44,421 bases of DNA from positions 1-44,421 of the IMG/VR virus record IMGVR_UViG_3300037692_000159. One strand, written 5' to 3'. The translations under genes and the position numbers were made by a program. This stretch comes from a virus (lineage: Duplodnaviria; Caudoviricetes). Under the pieces are notes generated by a model. It was given only the letters and a program-made list of their open reading frames with translations, made no database searches and was not told the DNA's origin. Positions 8,825-17,612 of the stretch are shown piece after piece (position 1 is the first letter of the stretch; each line of letters opens with the position of its first letter).

Positions 8825-9067
8825 CTATTCCTCCTTATCTTCCTCACCATCTTCTCTGATGAGTTGCAGAAGTTGAACCTTCTCCAAGTGTTTCCGTAGC
8901 GACGATAACTGCCGAATGGCGGTTTCCAGCACCTTCATGTGTCCATTGATCCACTTGAGTTGATCCTTAACCGAGAAAAGAGTGGTATGCGTATTAGGGT
9001 TCACGCATTCTTCCAGAATCTTGTCCCACTCTTTTTTCATTTGTTTGATGAAATCTTTTTCACTCAT
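8825..9067 (-). CDS. Hypothetical helical protein, AT-rich
   Basis: 80-aa ORF filling the gap; GC visibly lower than flanks. Confidence 0.55.
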   Translation of the reverse strand: MSEKDFIKQMKKEWDKILEECVNPNTHTTLFSVKDQLKWINGHMKVLETAIRQLSSLRKHLEKVQLLQLIREDGEEDKEE

Positions 9068-9070
9068 GGG

Positions 9071-9481
9071 TCATTCACCTTCCCAAAATAGTGGCACCGA
9101 ATGATCGGACTCCGAGTTGTCGATCGCCACGCATCGTACCGACAGGAACTTCCCGTACGGGCCTGGGGTGATCCCCGCCTGCCGAAAGAGCCACAGGTCG
9201 AACTCCCGTTCGATCTGCACAACATTGTCCTGCCTGCCCACCGATGCGATCAGGTGATTCAGGTTGTGCTCCTCCCCGTAGGGCTCGAACGTGCCGTCCT
9301 CGTCCATGTAAACGTCGTACCGGAACACCTCTCTGGCAATGTCCATGTAGGTATTGTCCGTGTATCTATCTTCCTGCTCCCACGCCAGATATTCCTTCCC
9401 TTGCTCCTTCGGTGGCTCCGTATTTTGCGGGGACGAACAGGCCGCAAGGAAAAGGATCATCCAGGCCAGCATCTTTCTCAT
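9071..9481 (-). CDS. Lipoprotein with FN3-like domain
   Basis: MRKMLAWMILFLAAC lipobox; LAW....YTDNT ... DNSES pattern; ATGA overlap. Confidence 0.7.
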   Translation of the reverse strand: MRKMLAWMILFLAACSSPQNTEPPKEQGKEYLAWEQEDRYTDNTYMDIAREVFRYDVYMDEDGTFEPYGEEHNLNHLIASVGRQDNVVQIEREFDLWLFRQAGITPGPYGKFLSVRCVAIDNSESDHSVPLFWEGE

Positions 9482-9846
9482 CGGACGATCTTCTTCAATT
9501 GCCCAGGAGGTACCGGTTTTTTCCGTGCCACATCCCACGCGAGGGGTGATGCGAGATCGGACGGCACCCCATCCACGATGGCCTTGCAGGACAGGTAGAT
9601 CCACCCGGTGCTCGGCATCCCCTCGGAAGCCGGAGTGAAATCCTTCATCGTAGACGTGATCTGCCCGCCCATGTCCTTCGGCGAAGCAAGGGCCTGCGTC
9701 ATCGACCACAAGGGCTGGTAATAGACCGTCTTGCCGATGATCTGCGTGCCATCCGTGTACTGCGTCACGGGGTTCCATCCGAAAGTCTCCGCGAAAGACG
9801 GAACCGCGAGGAGCAGGAAGGCGATGATAAATACAGCCCGCTTCAA
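9478..9846 (-). CDS. Secreted FN3/Ig-like protein
   Basis: Signal peptide MKRAVFIIAFLLLAVPSFA (TTG start); FGWNPVTQYTDGT; C-terminal PVPPGQL. Confidence 0.65.
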   Translation of the reverse strand: MKRAVFIIAFLLLAVPSFAETFGWNPVTQYTDGTQIIGKTVYYQPLWSMTQALASPKDMGGQITSTMKDFTPASEGMPSTGWIYLSCKAIVDGVPSDLASPLAWDVARKKPVPPGQLKKIVR

Positions 9847-9848
9847 TG

Positions 9849-10256
9849 TCAGTTCACCGAGAGGCCCGTCGGGGATTTCGGTTTTAGTGCCGGGGCGGTC
9901 TTCGATACGGCGGTGGCATATACGCTTGTCTGCCCGTCGAGATTCGACTTGACCGAATACCACCGTGTCGTTCCCGGGGCCGGGTCAGGCACGGCTGCGC
10001 TGGTGGCGCCTGCTGCGGTGCTTGTAAGGTCCGTCCACGGCCCGGTCGCGGAGGAGCCGTAGGATGGTGTATACGTGATCGTCGAGACTTTCGCCGATGG
10101 GATCGGATCTCCCACCGTCGCCGGGGGCACCGGCTCGTAACTCGTCGGCGCGGTCCACGACAGCGTTGCGGCGACGGCATTTCCAGCGGATAGCATCATC
10201 ACACCAATAACAAGTAGCCCGATCAGTACCCCAACACTTCTTCGCATCCACAACAT
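9849..10256 (-). CDS. Secreted FN3/Ig-like protein
   Basis: Signal peptide ending NAVA; TLSWTAPT; WYSVKS; C-terminal PKSPTGL; GGAGG SD. Confidence 0.7.
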   Translation of the reverse strand: MLWMRRSVGVLIGLLVIGVMMLSAGNAVAATLSWTAPTSYEPVPPATVGDPIPSAKVSTITYTPSYGSSATGPWTDLTSTAAGATSAAVPDPAPGTTRWYSVKSNLDGQTSVYATAVSKTAPALKPKSPTGLSVN

Positions 10257-10260
10257 TTTT

Positions 10261-10836
10261 CTACCTCCTCAAGGATTTATCCCACGCGTCCACGCCGCGG
10301 GCGATCGCAGCACAATAAAGGTTGACCGTTGCATAGTCCCGGAGCCAGATGGCCGCGGCGTCGTTCGAGAGGAACTCGAGCTCCAGCAGCACAGCCGGCA
10401 TCCGCGTGTTGCGCAGGACGTAGAAGTTCGCCTCCTTGTCCGGGTCGCCGTCATCCCAGTCCGTGCGCATCTTCCGGTCGGGGAAGGTTGCCTTGATCTC
10501 CCCGAAGAGACTTGTCGCGACATCGTCCGAAGCTGTCTGTCCCACCGACGTCCACAGCTCGATCCCCGAGGCCGCCTGGTTGACCGCGGCGTTGCAGTGC
10601 AGGGAGAGGAACAGGTGCGCCCTGCGGTCGTGCGCGAACGCCACGCGCGCCGGCAGGGAGAGGAACTGGTCGGCCTCCCGAGAGAGGGAGACCTGGTGCC
10701 CCGCGTCTGCGAGGTGCTGGCGGAGGATCAGCGCGTACATGAGCGCGACGTTTGACTCCCGCAGCTTCACCCGGTCGTTCACAGCACCGGGATCCGTGCC
10801 GCCGTGGCCTGGGTCGATCAGGATCCTCATGGGCAT
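10261..10836 (-). CDS. Endolysin, N-acetylmuramoyl-L-alanine amidase (Amidase_3)
   Basis: IDPGHGGTDPGA, ESNVAL, FLSLHCNA, NFYVLR, PAVLLELEFLSN. Confidence 0.93.
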   Translation of the reverse strand: MPMRILIDPGHGGTDPGAVNDRVKLRESNVALMYALILRQHLADAGHQVSLSREADQFLSLPARVAFAHDRRAHLFLSLHCNAAVNQAASGIELWTSVGQTASDDVATSLFGEIKATFPDRKMRTDWDDGDPDKEANFYVLRNTRMPAVLLELEFLSNDAAAIWLRDYATVNLYCAAIARGVDAWDKSLRR

Positions 10837-10845
10837 CCCCCCCTG

Positions 10846-10872
10846 AAATAAAAAAGGCCCCGAAAGGGGCCT
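10846..10872 (-). terminator. Intrinsic terminator-like hairpin
   Basis: Minus strand AGGCCCC-TTTC-GGGGCCT-TTTTTATTT. Confidence 0.8.
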
Positions 10873-10903
10873 CCGTTGGCTCGTCGTGGATTCGATTATT
10901 CCG

Positions 10904-11233
10904 TCAGTCTTCCCTCACCGGGATGATGAGAACCTCCGGCAGATCCTCTCCCAGCACCGTCTTGACGTTCGCCTCGGCGTGGTAGTCCTTGCCGTTCACG
11001 CCTCCGCCGTACTTCTTCAGGAAGGTCACCTTCAGATTGTCGCCGACGATCGCGACGGATCCGGCCTCGATCATCTTGTCCGTGACGTCCTCGCTGGTCA
11101 GTTCGTCGGTCACCACCAGCGAGTTGATCGAGGTCAGGGAGTCCCCCGGCAGGAGTGCATCCTTCACATCGAAGTTGATCGTCAGCCATCTGCTCTCGTA
11201 CTTCTGGACGGGCGGCTTCACCACCTGTGCCAT
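10904..11233 (-). CDS. Small beta-rich virion protein, fibre-adaptor-like
   Basis: 109 aa, last gene of the distal fibre module; AGGAGG SD. Confidence 0.55.
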   Translation of the reverse strand: MAQVVKPPVQKYESRWLTINFDVKDALLPGDSLTSINSLVVTDELTSEDVTDKMIEAGSVAIVGDNLKVTFLKKYGGGVNGKDYHAEANVKTVLGEDLPEVLIIPVRED

Positions 11234-11242
11234 AGTCCCCTC

Positions 11243-12589
11243 CTATTGATCGTCGTGCTCGCGCTTGCGTGCGGTCGCGTCGTATTCCCGTTTTCTCGCC
11301 GTGGCATCGTACTCCCTCTTTCGGGCCATCGCGTCGAACAGGTACTTCGCCGCGGCAATTCTCGGGGCGATTCCCCACTGCTCCATGCCCGAGATGATGG
11401 AGAGCGCCAGCGCGACGTTGTAGGTCTGCATGGCGGCGTCGATCTGCCCGCAAGCGACGGAGAGCGCGGCGTGCGCCTCCACCGTCATGATCGACGACTG
11501 CGCCTGCGATACCCGCGCGTTTAGGCTCACGGCGTTCGATAGGAGAAGTCCGATGGTCTGCGCCATCCCCGCGTTGATCCCAAGGGACGCGGCATCGTCC
11601 AGCGACAGCCCGCCGATCCCCGTCAGCCCTCCCGCCGCTTCGAACAGCACGGACGCCTGAAGGATGAGCGCCGTCCCGAAAGCCTCGCCCACGGAGACGT
11701 CCAGGTTGAGGGACGCCAGCAGGGTCCCCACGGAGGTCTGCGCCATCGCCGCCGTCGCCTGAAGGACGAGGGCGTTGACGAGGACGGACTGTCCGGCCTG
11801 CCCCATGCCCGCCGCCGTCGCCAGCGCCACGGCCTCGTGGAGCGTGCCGATGGATGCCTGCGACATCCCCATGGCGGCCGCGATCTCCACCGCCTCGTCG
11901 TATGTTTGCGGGCCGACGTCCACGTTCCCGGCCTGCAACATCGCCATCGCAAGTGACAGTGCGATGGCCGCATCCATCTCCGCGACGCCTCCGGTTCCCT
12001 GATCGGCAGAGATCCCGAGGGACAGGGAGGCGTTCATGGAAACCGTCGCGGACCTGGCCTCGATGGCGTTGACCACGAGGATAACCGCCTCGTTGAAATC
12101 CGCTCCGCCGGTTACGGCCTTGGCGACGGCGACTCCGAAGGCGCAGGCCTCGACCGCCACGAGGATGGAGGACTGGAGGGTGCCGGCGGATACGCCGAGG
12201 GAGATGCCGTCGTTCATCTCGGCGCTCGCCACTCGTGCGTCGTCCGATTGCAAAGCCAGCGTCAGCGCCTCGCTACAGGAGAGGATCGTCGCCCGCGCCT
12301 CGGCGGCCTGTACTGCAAGCGTGACGGCTTCCTCGAAGGTCATCCCCCCGGATTGATCCTGCCCGGACGCGACCGCGAGAATCAGCGCGTTGATCGCAGA
12401 AAGGATTCCCGCCCGGGACAAGTCGGCAGCGATGGCGAGGGTCAGGGATTCGTTGTAGATAGCGGCGGTGGCGAGGATATCGAACATCCACGCGTAGCCA
12501 TCTATCCACCGGGCATCGCGTGGAAGCGCGGACCCGGAAGAGAACGGAAGGTCCGTCTGCCCGTTCCACCATCTTGCATCCGTCGCCAT
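11243..12589 (-). CDS. Ala-rich 20-aa repeat protein (putative fibre ruler/core)
   Basis: 18 degenerate 20-aa repeats plus three C-terminal ARKRE(Y/H)D repeats. Confidence 0.7.
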   Translation of the reverse strand: MATDARWWNGQTDLPFSSGSALPRDARWIDGYAWMFDILATAAIYNESLTLAIAADLSRAGILSAINALILAVASGQDQSGGMTFEEAVTLAVQAAEARATILSCSEALTLALQSDDARVASAEMNDGISLGVSAGTLQSSILVAVEACAFGVAVAKAVTGGADFNEAVILVVNAIEARSATVSMNASLSLGISADQGTGGVAEMDAAIALSLAMAMLQAGNVDVGPQTYDEAVEIAAAMGMSQASIGTLHEAVALATAAGMGQAGQSVLVNALVLQATAAMAQTSVGTLLASLNLDVSVGEAFGTALILQASVLFEAAGGLTGIGGLSLDDAASLGINAGMAQTIGLLLSNAVSLNARVSQAQSSIMTVEAHAALSVACGQIDAAMQTYNVALALSIISGMEQWGIAPRIAAAKYLFDAMARKREYDATARKREYDATARKREHDDQ

Positions 12590-12596
12590 CAGAACC

Positions 12597-15056
12597 TCAT
12601 GCCGCGTTCAACTGAGGATCGACGTACAGTTTCACGGATGCCGCACCGACCCCGAGCCGTAGGCGATAGACAACGTGGCCAACCCTGCCAGGGGTGAACG
12701 TCACGGGGAATTGGGTCCAGGTAGTGTTGTCCGTCAGTACTGCGGTGGAGGCGATGAAGGCTCGATGCGTGCTTCCCGCCTCGTCGTAGTATTCAGCCTC
12801 AAGGTAAAGTTGCGCCGCCGTGGGGAATGTGGACCAGTCCTCCGCGCCGCCTGTGCCGCCCCTGATGTAGATGGAGCGCGTCTGTTCCGAAGCGGGAACA
12901 TCCCATTCAACCCATTCAAAGATAGGCCTGCATAAAGCCATGAGGCCAGCGGTAGCGGCTCTATTCAGATCAAGAATCTCAACGGATTTAGCACTTCCTC
13001 CACTCCTTACTACCGTTGCGTTCGATTTCGTTGAGTAATACCATGTTTGCCTTCTGTTGTCGCCAATTGTGTTGTTAAAGTCATCGAAAACTGCTTCGGA
13101 AGTATTCCCTCCCGACGCTGTGACCCAATCCGTCGTAATGGGATCATTGAGAAACCAACAGTTATAAAAGTAAAATCGCTCTGCAAGTCCGAACCATAAA
13201 AGATCATTCCCAGTCGTAACGGTGTTAGAGTGGTGCCTGTATTTGCCAAAATTGCAATTGTAGTACCTAATCTCAAAATGTTCAAGTTGTGCTGCTGTTC
13301 CTCCGATATAAGCAGTATAATGATCAACAAAATCGCTGTTCCTTATCTCGACATCCCTGCAGTACTGATATAACATGGAGCCGGAACCAGCATAGGAAAA
13401 ATTGATAAAGTAGCAATTATCGAAAGCAACCCCGTAAATATACGCCAGAGATGTACCTGAACCATAAAAGAGGGAATTTGTTACCTTAGAGCCAGTTACG
13501 CGATACCAACCATATTGAAAAGAATGAACAAGTAATTTGTCATATGTACTATTGTAACTCCATCCGTACTCGGAAGCGGCCATATATCCATTAGTAATAA
13601 CGCAACCTGTCTTCTGAACTACGCCGCCCGTCAAAGTGTAGTTTCCCGAACCATAACACCCAAGGAACCTCATGTGCTTCGTCTTGAAATAGCAAGTTGT
13701 TAGACTTGTGCTATATGAACGAATACTGGGCTTATTGGAGTTTATAGTACCAGGGGTTGTAATGCCCGATGTTTTCCCGACGACGACATTCCTCGTACAG
13801 TGAGAAACCAATCCTCCTGCTCTATACGTTACTCCGGGGGCTGCCTCGCTAATCGTAATATCAGTATTTGATCCATTCAAGGCCATGCTGGCAATCGTAA
13901 ACTCAGAGAAACTCGTTGTAGATGATCTTGTAGCGGGGTGCTTGTGAACCAGTATCTTAGGATTGCCGGTCCACTTCGCCGTGAGGTCCCCATATACAGT
14001 AAAGGTCTGGCCGGAAGTCCAGTTCTGCGTAAGATAAGTATGAAGTGTGCCTACGGTGAGATCCGTACCCTCTACTTCAAACATTCCGGTATCATAGAAC
14101 CATATCCCATACCCATTATCACTCCCCCCAGTTAAAGATAGTTCTGCCGTATAAGAGGAGCCAATCGGATTTGCCGCAGTGCCAATAGTAAGCGTACCTC
14201 CGGGTCTTACATATAGCCATGAATTTCCGAGTCGAAGGATTGTCGACATGTCATGCTTAAAGTTGAGGGTTCCATACACATCGCTATTAGCAAGTGTATT
14301 AGTTTCCGACACATTATAGGTAACGGTATCTCCAACATCAATATTGAAAGCATCACTTGTATTCCCCGGATAATCCGTACCCTTCACCGATCCAGTGTTC
14401 CCCCAAGTCGCCCCCGCATTCCAATTCCCTGACGTCGCTCCGGCCATGTACGCCGTATCGAACGGCGTCCCAGCGGAGGTCATCTTCGTACCCTTCCAGT
14501 TGGCCGTTGCTACGGAGATCGCCGTGGCATTCGCCTCGTTGATGGTGGACATGACGTAGTGGTAACGATAGGCCGTGGTCGCCACGGTGAGGGTGACCGT
14601 TTCAGCCCAAGTCCCGGCTGTTCTGTTGGCTGCGGAAGTCGCTCTCTTGAAAGTCAATGTGGTTCCGTTGCGCTCTACCCGACAATAGAAATTCGCCTTC
14701 GCAACCGTTCCGCTGGCTTGAGTGCTGCCGCCGATCTCCCCGAGAGTAAATGTATGGTTCGATGTTCCAGAAGCGTCAATCTGAAGGTATATGCCCGCCG
14801 CCCATTGATCCTTCGAGTCGGCGGTATTCGACAGCCCCCACAGAATCAGTTTCGATCCGTTGGCGAGGGTGGTTTCCGTGAGGTCGAAGTCGTGGACGAA
14901 ATCACCGAAGTAATCCACGCCCCAGTCATAGTAGACCTTCGCGGACTCGTCCCGCGTCAACCCCGCCCCGGTACAGGTCACCGTGGAAATGGTGATACGC
15001 GAGTTCGGGTCGGACTCCGTATACGGAAGAGTCGCAAGGTTTATCGCTGCGCCCAT
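12597..15056 (-). CDS. Large receptor-binding/fibre-tip protein (lectin-like N-terminus, probable beta-helix)
   Basis: 819 aa, Thr/Ser/Gly/Asn/aromatic rich, repeated N-C-x-F / N-S-x-F turns; AT-rich centre. Confidence 0.65.
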   Translation of the reverse strand: MGAAINLATLPYTESDPNSRITISTVTCTGAGLTRDESAKVYYDWGVDYFGDFVHDFDLTETTLANGSKLILWGLSNTADSKDQWAAGIYLQIDASGTSNHTFTLGEIGGSTQASGTVAKANFYCRVERNGTTLTFKRATSAANRTAGTWAETVTLTVATTAYRYHYVMSTINEANATAISVATANWKGTKMTSAGTPFDTAYMAGATSGNWNAGATWGNTGSVKGTDYPGNTSDAFNIDVGDTVTYNVSETNTLANSDVYGTLNFKHDMSTILRLGNSWLYVRPGGTLTIGTAANPIGSSYTAELSLTGGSDNGYGIWFYDTGMFEVEGTDLTVGTLHTYLTQNWTSGQTFTVYGDLTAKWTGNPKILVHKHPATRSSTTSFSEFTIASMALNGSNTDITISEAAPGVTYRAGGLVSHCTRNVVVGKTSGITTPGTINSNKPSIRSYSTSLTTCYFKTKHMRFLGCYGSGNYTLTGGVVQKTGCVITNGYMAASEYGWSYNSTYDKLLVHSFQYGWYRVTGSKVTNSLFYGSGTSLAYIYGVAFDNCYFINFSYAGSGSMLYQYCRDVEIRNSDFVDHYTAYIGGTAAQLEHFEIRYYNCNFGKYRHHSNTVTTGNDLLWFGLAERFYFYNCWFLNDPITTDWVTASGGNTSEAVFDDFNNTIGDNRRQTWYYSTKSNATVVRSGGSAKSVEILDLNRAATAGLMALCRPIFEWVEWDVPASEQTRSIYIRGGTGGAEDWSTFPTAAQLYLEAEYYDEAGSTHRAFIASTAVLTDNTTWTQFPVTFTPGRVGHVVYRLRLGVGAASVKLYVDPQLNAA

Positions 15057-15082
15057 TTATGCCTCCGGGGTCAAGGAACCGC

Positions 15083-15598
15083 TTACGCCGCTACTGCCGT
15101 CAGCGTGACCTGCACGTTCAACGTGTCGCCGGTCAGGACAGCACGAGGAGAAGCGAAGTCGCCCGCACCGTACAGAACCCCGGTGTCTCCGGTCGCGCTG
15201 TCGCACAGCCCGCAGCCGTAGATCGTGTCGTCCCCGGTGATCGGGAAGACGGCCTTCGCCGCCGAGTTGTCCACCGACCCGCCTGAGATCGTGCCCGGCG
15301 TGAACGCCTGCCGGTCCCCGGTGTAGTTGTCGATCCACGCCCACGAGGCGTGCGAAGCCATCGTGTCGGCAGGGTCCGGAGTGCCGGTGTCCTTTAAGCC
15401 TACGTACCAGGCGGGAGCCGCGAGACCCGTCTTGAAGCAAGCGTCGAGGATCTTGTTCAGCCCCGCCGTGACGACGATGTTCTCAAAGCCGTCCTTCCAC
15501 TTCAACTTCCCGTCCGGGCCGAAGCACTCGACCTCGTACTTCGTCCGCAGACCGATCTTGACGGTGAATCCGAGCAGCCGTGCGAGAATCTTCTTCAT
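15083..15598 (-). CDS. Small virion fibre-subunit-like protein
   Basis: NIVVTAGLN...WYVGL...ADTMASH...GDTLNVQVTL; strong AAGGAGG SD. Confidence 0.6.
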   Translation of the reverse strand: MKKILARLLGFTVKIGLRTKYEVECFGPDGKLKWKDGFENIVVTAGLNKILDACFKTGLAAPAWYVGLKDTGTPDPADTMASHASWAWIDNYTGDRQAFTPGTISGGSVDNSAAKAVFPITGDDTIYGCGLCDSATGDTGVLYGAGDFASPRAVLTGDTLNVQVTLTAVAA

Positions 15599-15620
15599 GA
15601 CCTGCCTCCTTCGTTTTGGG

Positions 15621-15648
15621 AAATAAAAAAGGCCCGGGAAGGGGCCTT
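15621..15648 (-). terminator. Intrinsic terminator-like hairpin
   Basis: Minus strand AAGGCCC-CTTCCC-GGGCCTT-TTTTATTT. Confidence 0.7.
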
Positions 15649-15696
15649 CGTTCGAAGCGGTATGTAGAGACGGTTATCTGTTCAGGTATCTACCGG

Positions 15697-16149
15697 CTAC
15701 GATCCGACGCTGGTCGGCCACGGAGTCTTAAGCGCTACCGGGTAGAACTCGTTGGAGACCGCGTTTCTGTATCCGAGCACAACTCGGTTGAAGGCGACGA
15801 AGTTCGAGGCAGCCCCGCCCGTCACCGCCGCCTTCTCCACGGTCACCTCCGTTCCATTCGTCTCGTCGAGGTCGACATAGGCGAACTCGTTGTCAGCGAG
15901 CTGGACGCTTCCGATCTCCGCATAGTTCGTGCACGCCTGCCCATCGGCGCGATTGAAGATGAACCGCAGCGCACCGGACCAGTAGAGGATCCCGGACATC
16001 GGGTGGTACTCGATCGCCGCGTCGCAGTGGACGATCAGGTTCTTGAGATACGTGATCGCCCGGTCGAGGGACGAGAACGGCGGATTCATGTCCGCGGCGT
16101 TGTAGTGCTGCGTCCCGTCCACGTACGGCGTATGATAATTACTTCCCAT
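15697..16149 (-). CDS. Tail-region structural/hypothetical protein
   Basis: 150 aa, GGAGG SD, synteny. Confidence 0.65.
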   Translation of the reverse strand: MGSNYHTPYVDGTQHYNAADMNPPFSSLDRAITYLKNLIVHCDAAIEYHPMSGILYWSGALRFIFNRADGQACTNYAEIGSVQLADNEFAYVDLDETNGTEVTVEKAAVTGGAASNFVAFNRVVLGYRNAVSNEFYPVALKTPWPTSVGS

Positions 16150-16345
16150 CGAGGTTTCCTCCCCTCACTGCGGCCCCGATGATCTTCTCGAACGGCGTTC
16201 CCTTGAACGCCTCCGCCGCTTTTTTAAGCGCATCCCGCGCCTCGCCGGTCTGCAAGTCCCTCGCATCGGAAATCCTCACGAGCTTTTCGAGGAGGAGCGT
16301 CTGCGTCTTCATTTCGCCGAGGATCTCTTTCAGCAGTTCTTCCAT
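16139..16345 (-). CDS. Small helical hypothetical protein
   Basis: GGAGGT SD, 68 aa. Confidence 0.55.
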   Translation of the reverse strand: MEELLKEILGEMKTQTLLLEKLVRISDARDLQTGEARDALKKAAEAFKGTPFEKIIGAAVRGGNLDGK

Positions 16346-16364
16346 GTCGACCTCCAGAATAAGA

Positions 16365-17612
16365 TCAGAGAACGAGATAGGGCGGCATCGGAGTTCCGTT
16401 CTCGTCGAGACAAACGATCCTGCCCGAAGCGTTGTACCTGATTCCGTTGTAGTCAACGTATCCCACAAGCGCAGGACTCAAGTCATCTGTGTATCCGTCG
16501 CCTGGATTGTAGGAAACCCCTTCTTTCGCGTTGGTCCTCTCGTAATTGAGCATGGTCGCATACGATCCTTCCTTGACCACCTCCCCTGTCGTTGGATTCA
16601 AGGTTTGTCCGGCATAGGACCTTTCTCCGATCACGCCCATCCCGTCCATGTAACCGATGAACCCGAGGTGGAACTGGTAGTTCCCTCCTCCCGGGCGGGG
16701 GGCATAGTTACCGTACTGATCGATCATCTGCAAGTAAACAATGCTCGTCGTCGGATGCGGAACCGGATCATAAGGCGGCGGAGGGGGGTGATCCGGATCG
16801 TGCCAAATCATCTCGTCGAACTCGAACACCATCTCCAAGCGGTACGGATGGGCCTGACTGAAAATCCTTCCAATGTCCGACTGGGTGATCTCCGTCATTC
16901 CGCCATAAACGAGAATATAGTCCCCGAAGATGACGTGCCCTCCGGGGATCGCAGGCTTTATAGGAGGGTCGAATCCGTAAAACGGTGGACCTGTGGTTCC
17001 CGTTTTCTCGGTCCCCTTCAGATAGTCCACAACGCCGTCCACGCCGATCACGAAGGCGTCGTACCGGTAGTATCCGACAGCGGGAGGAGGGTCGATTTCC
17101 TCGATGCCGATGCCGGAACCGATCACAACCCCGTCGCCCATCTCCATCGGGTCGCCCATCACCGGGTCCAGAACGAAGTCGTAATTGACTCCGTCGATGC
17201 GCGCCGTCCCGGGAAGCAGTCTCACGCGGAGGGAGGTCGCCTCCGTAGCCAAAAGCCCCCCGCCTGAGACCCAGTAGTTCGCCCCGGCGCCCATGTCCGG
17301 CAAGACGCCGCCGGCCACAGGAGTCGGGATCGTGAGGCCGTGCCCGACGATCTCAACGCGGCTTCTCACCCCGCCCACATGGGCGATCCTCACAGCGTTC
17401 CCCGGCTTGAGAAAAACCGGCTTCTTCTGCCAGTTCTCCGGATACCACGCGACGACGAGTTCGTTCGACCCTTGGATCTTCACCCGGCAAAGACGCTGAT
17501 CGGGAAGGTGCTCCCACACGATGCCATCTCGCGTCTCTCGCCGATACTGCGCCTCCTGGTCCATCGTCCTGCGGAAAAACCGTCTGCCGTATAGTTTCAA
17601 CTGACCAGCCAC
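16365..17612 (-). CDS. Tail tip protein (possible OB-fold spike-like N-terminus)
   Basis: CRVKIQGS...LKPGNAVRIAHVGG; follows the hub-like gene. Confidence 0.55.
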   Translation of the reverse strand: MAGQLKLYGRRFFRRTMDQEAQYRRETRDGIVWEHLPDQRLCRVKIQGSNELVVAWYPENWQKKPVFLKPGNAVRIAHVGGVRSRVEIVGHGLTIPTPVAGGVLPDMGAGANYWVSGGGLLATEATSLRVRLLPGTARIDGVNYDFVLDPVMGDPMEMGDGVVIGSGIGIEEIDPPPAVGYYRYDAFVIGVDGVVDYLKGTEKTGTTGPPFYGFDPPIKPAIPGGHVIFGDYILVYGGMTEITQSDIGRIFSQAHPYRLEMVFEFDEMIWHDPDHPPPPPYDPVPHPTTSIVYLQMIDQYGNYAPRPGGGNYQFHLGFIGYMDGMGVIGERSYAGQTLNPTTGEVVKEGSYATMLNYERTNAKEGVSYNPGDGYTDDLSPALVGYVDYNGIRYNASGRIVCLDENGTPMPPYLVL

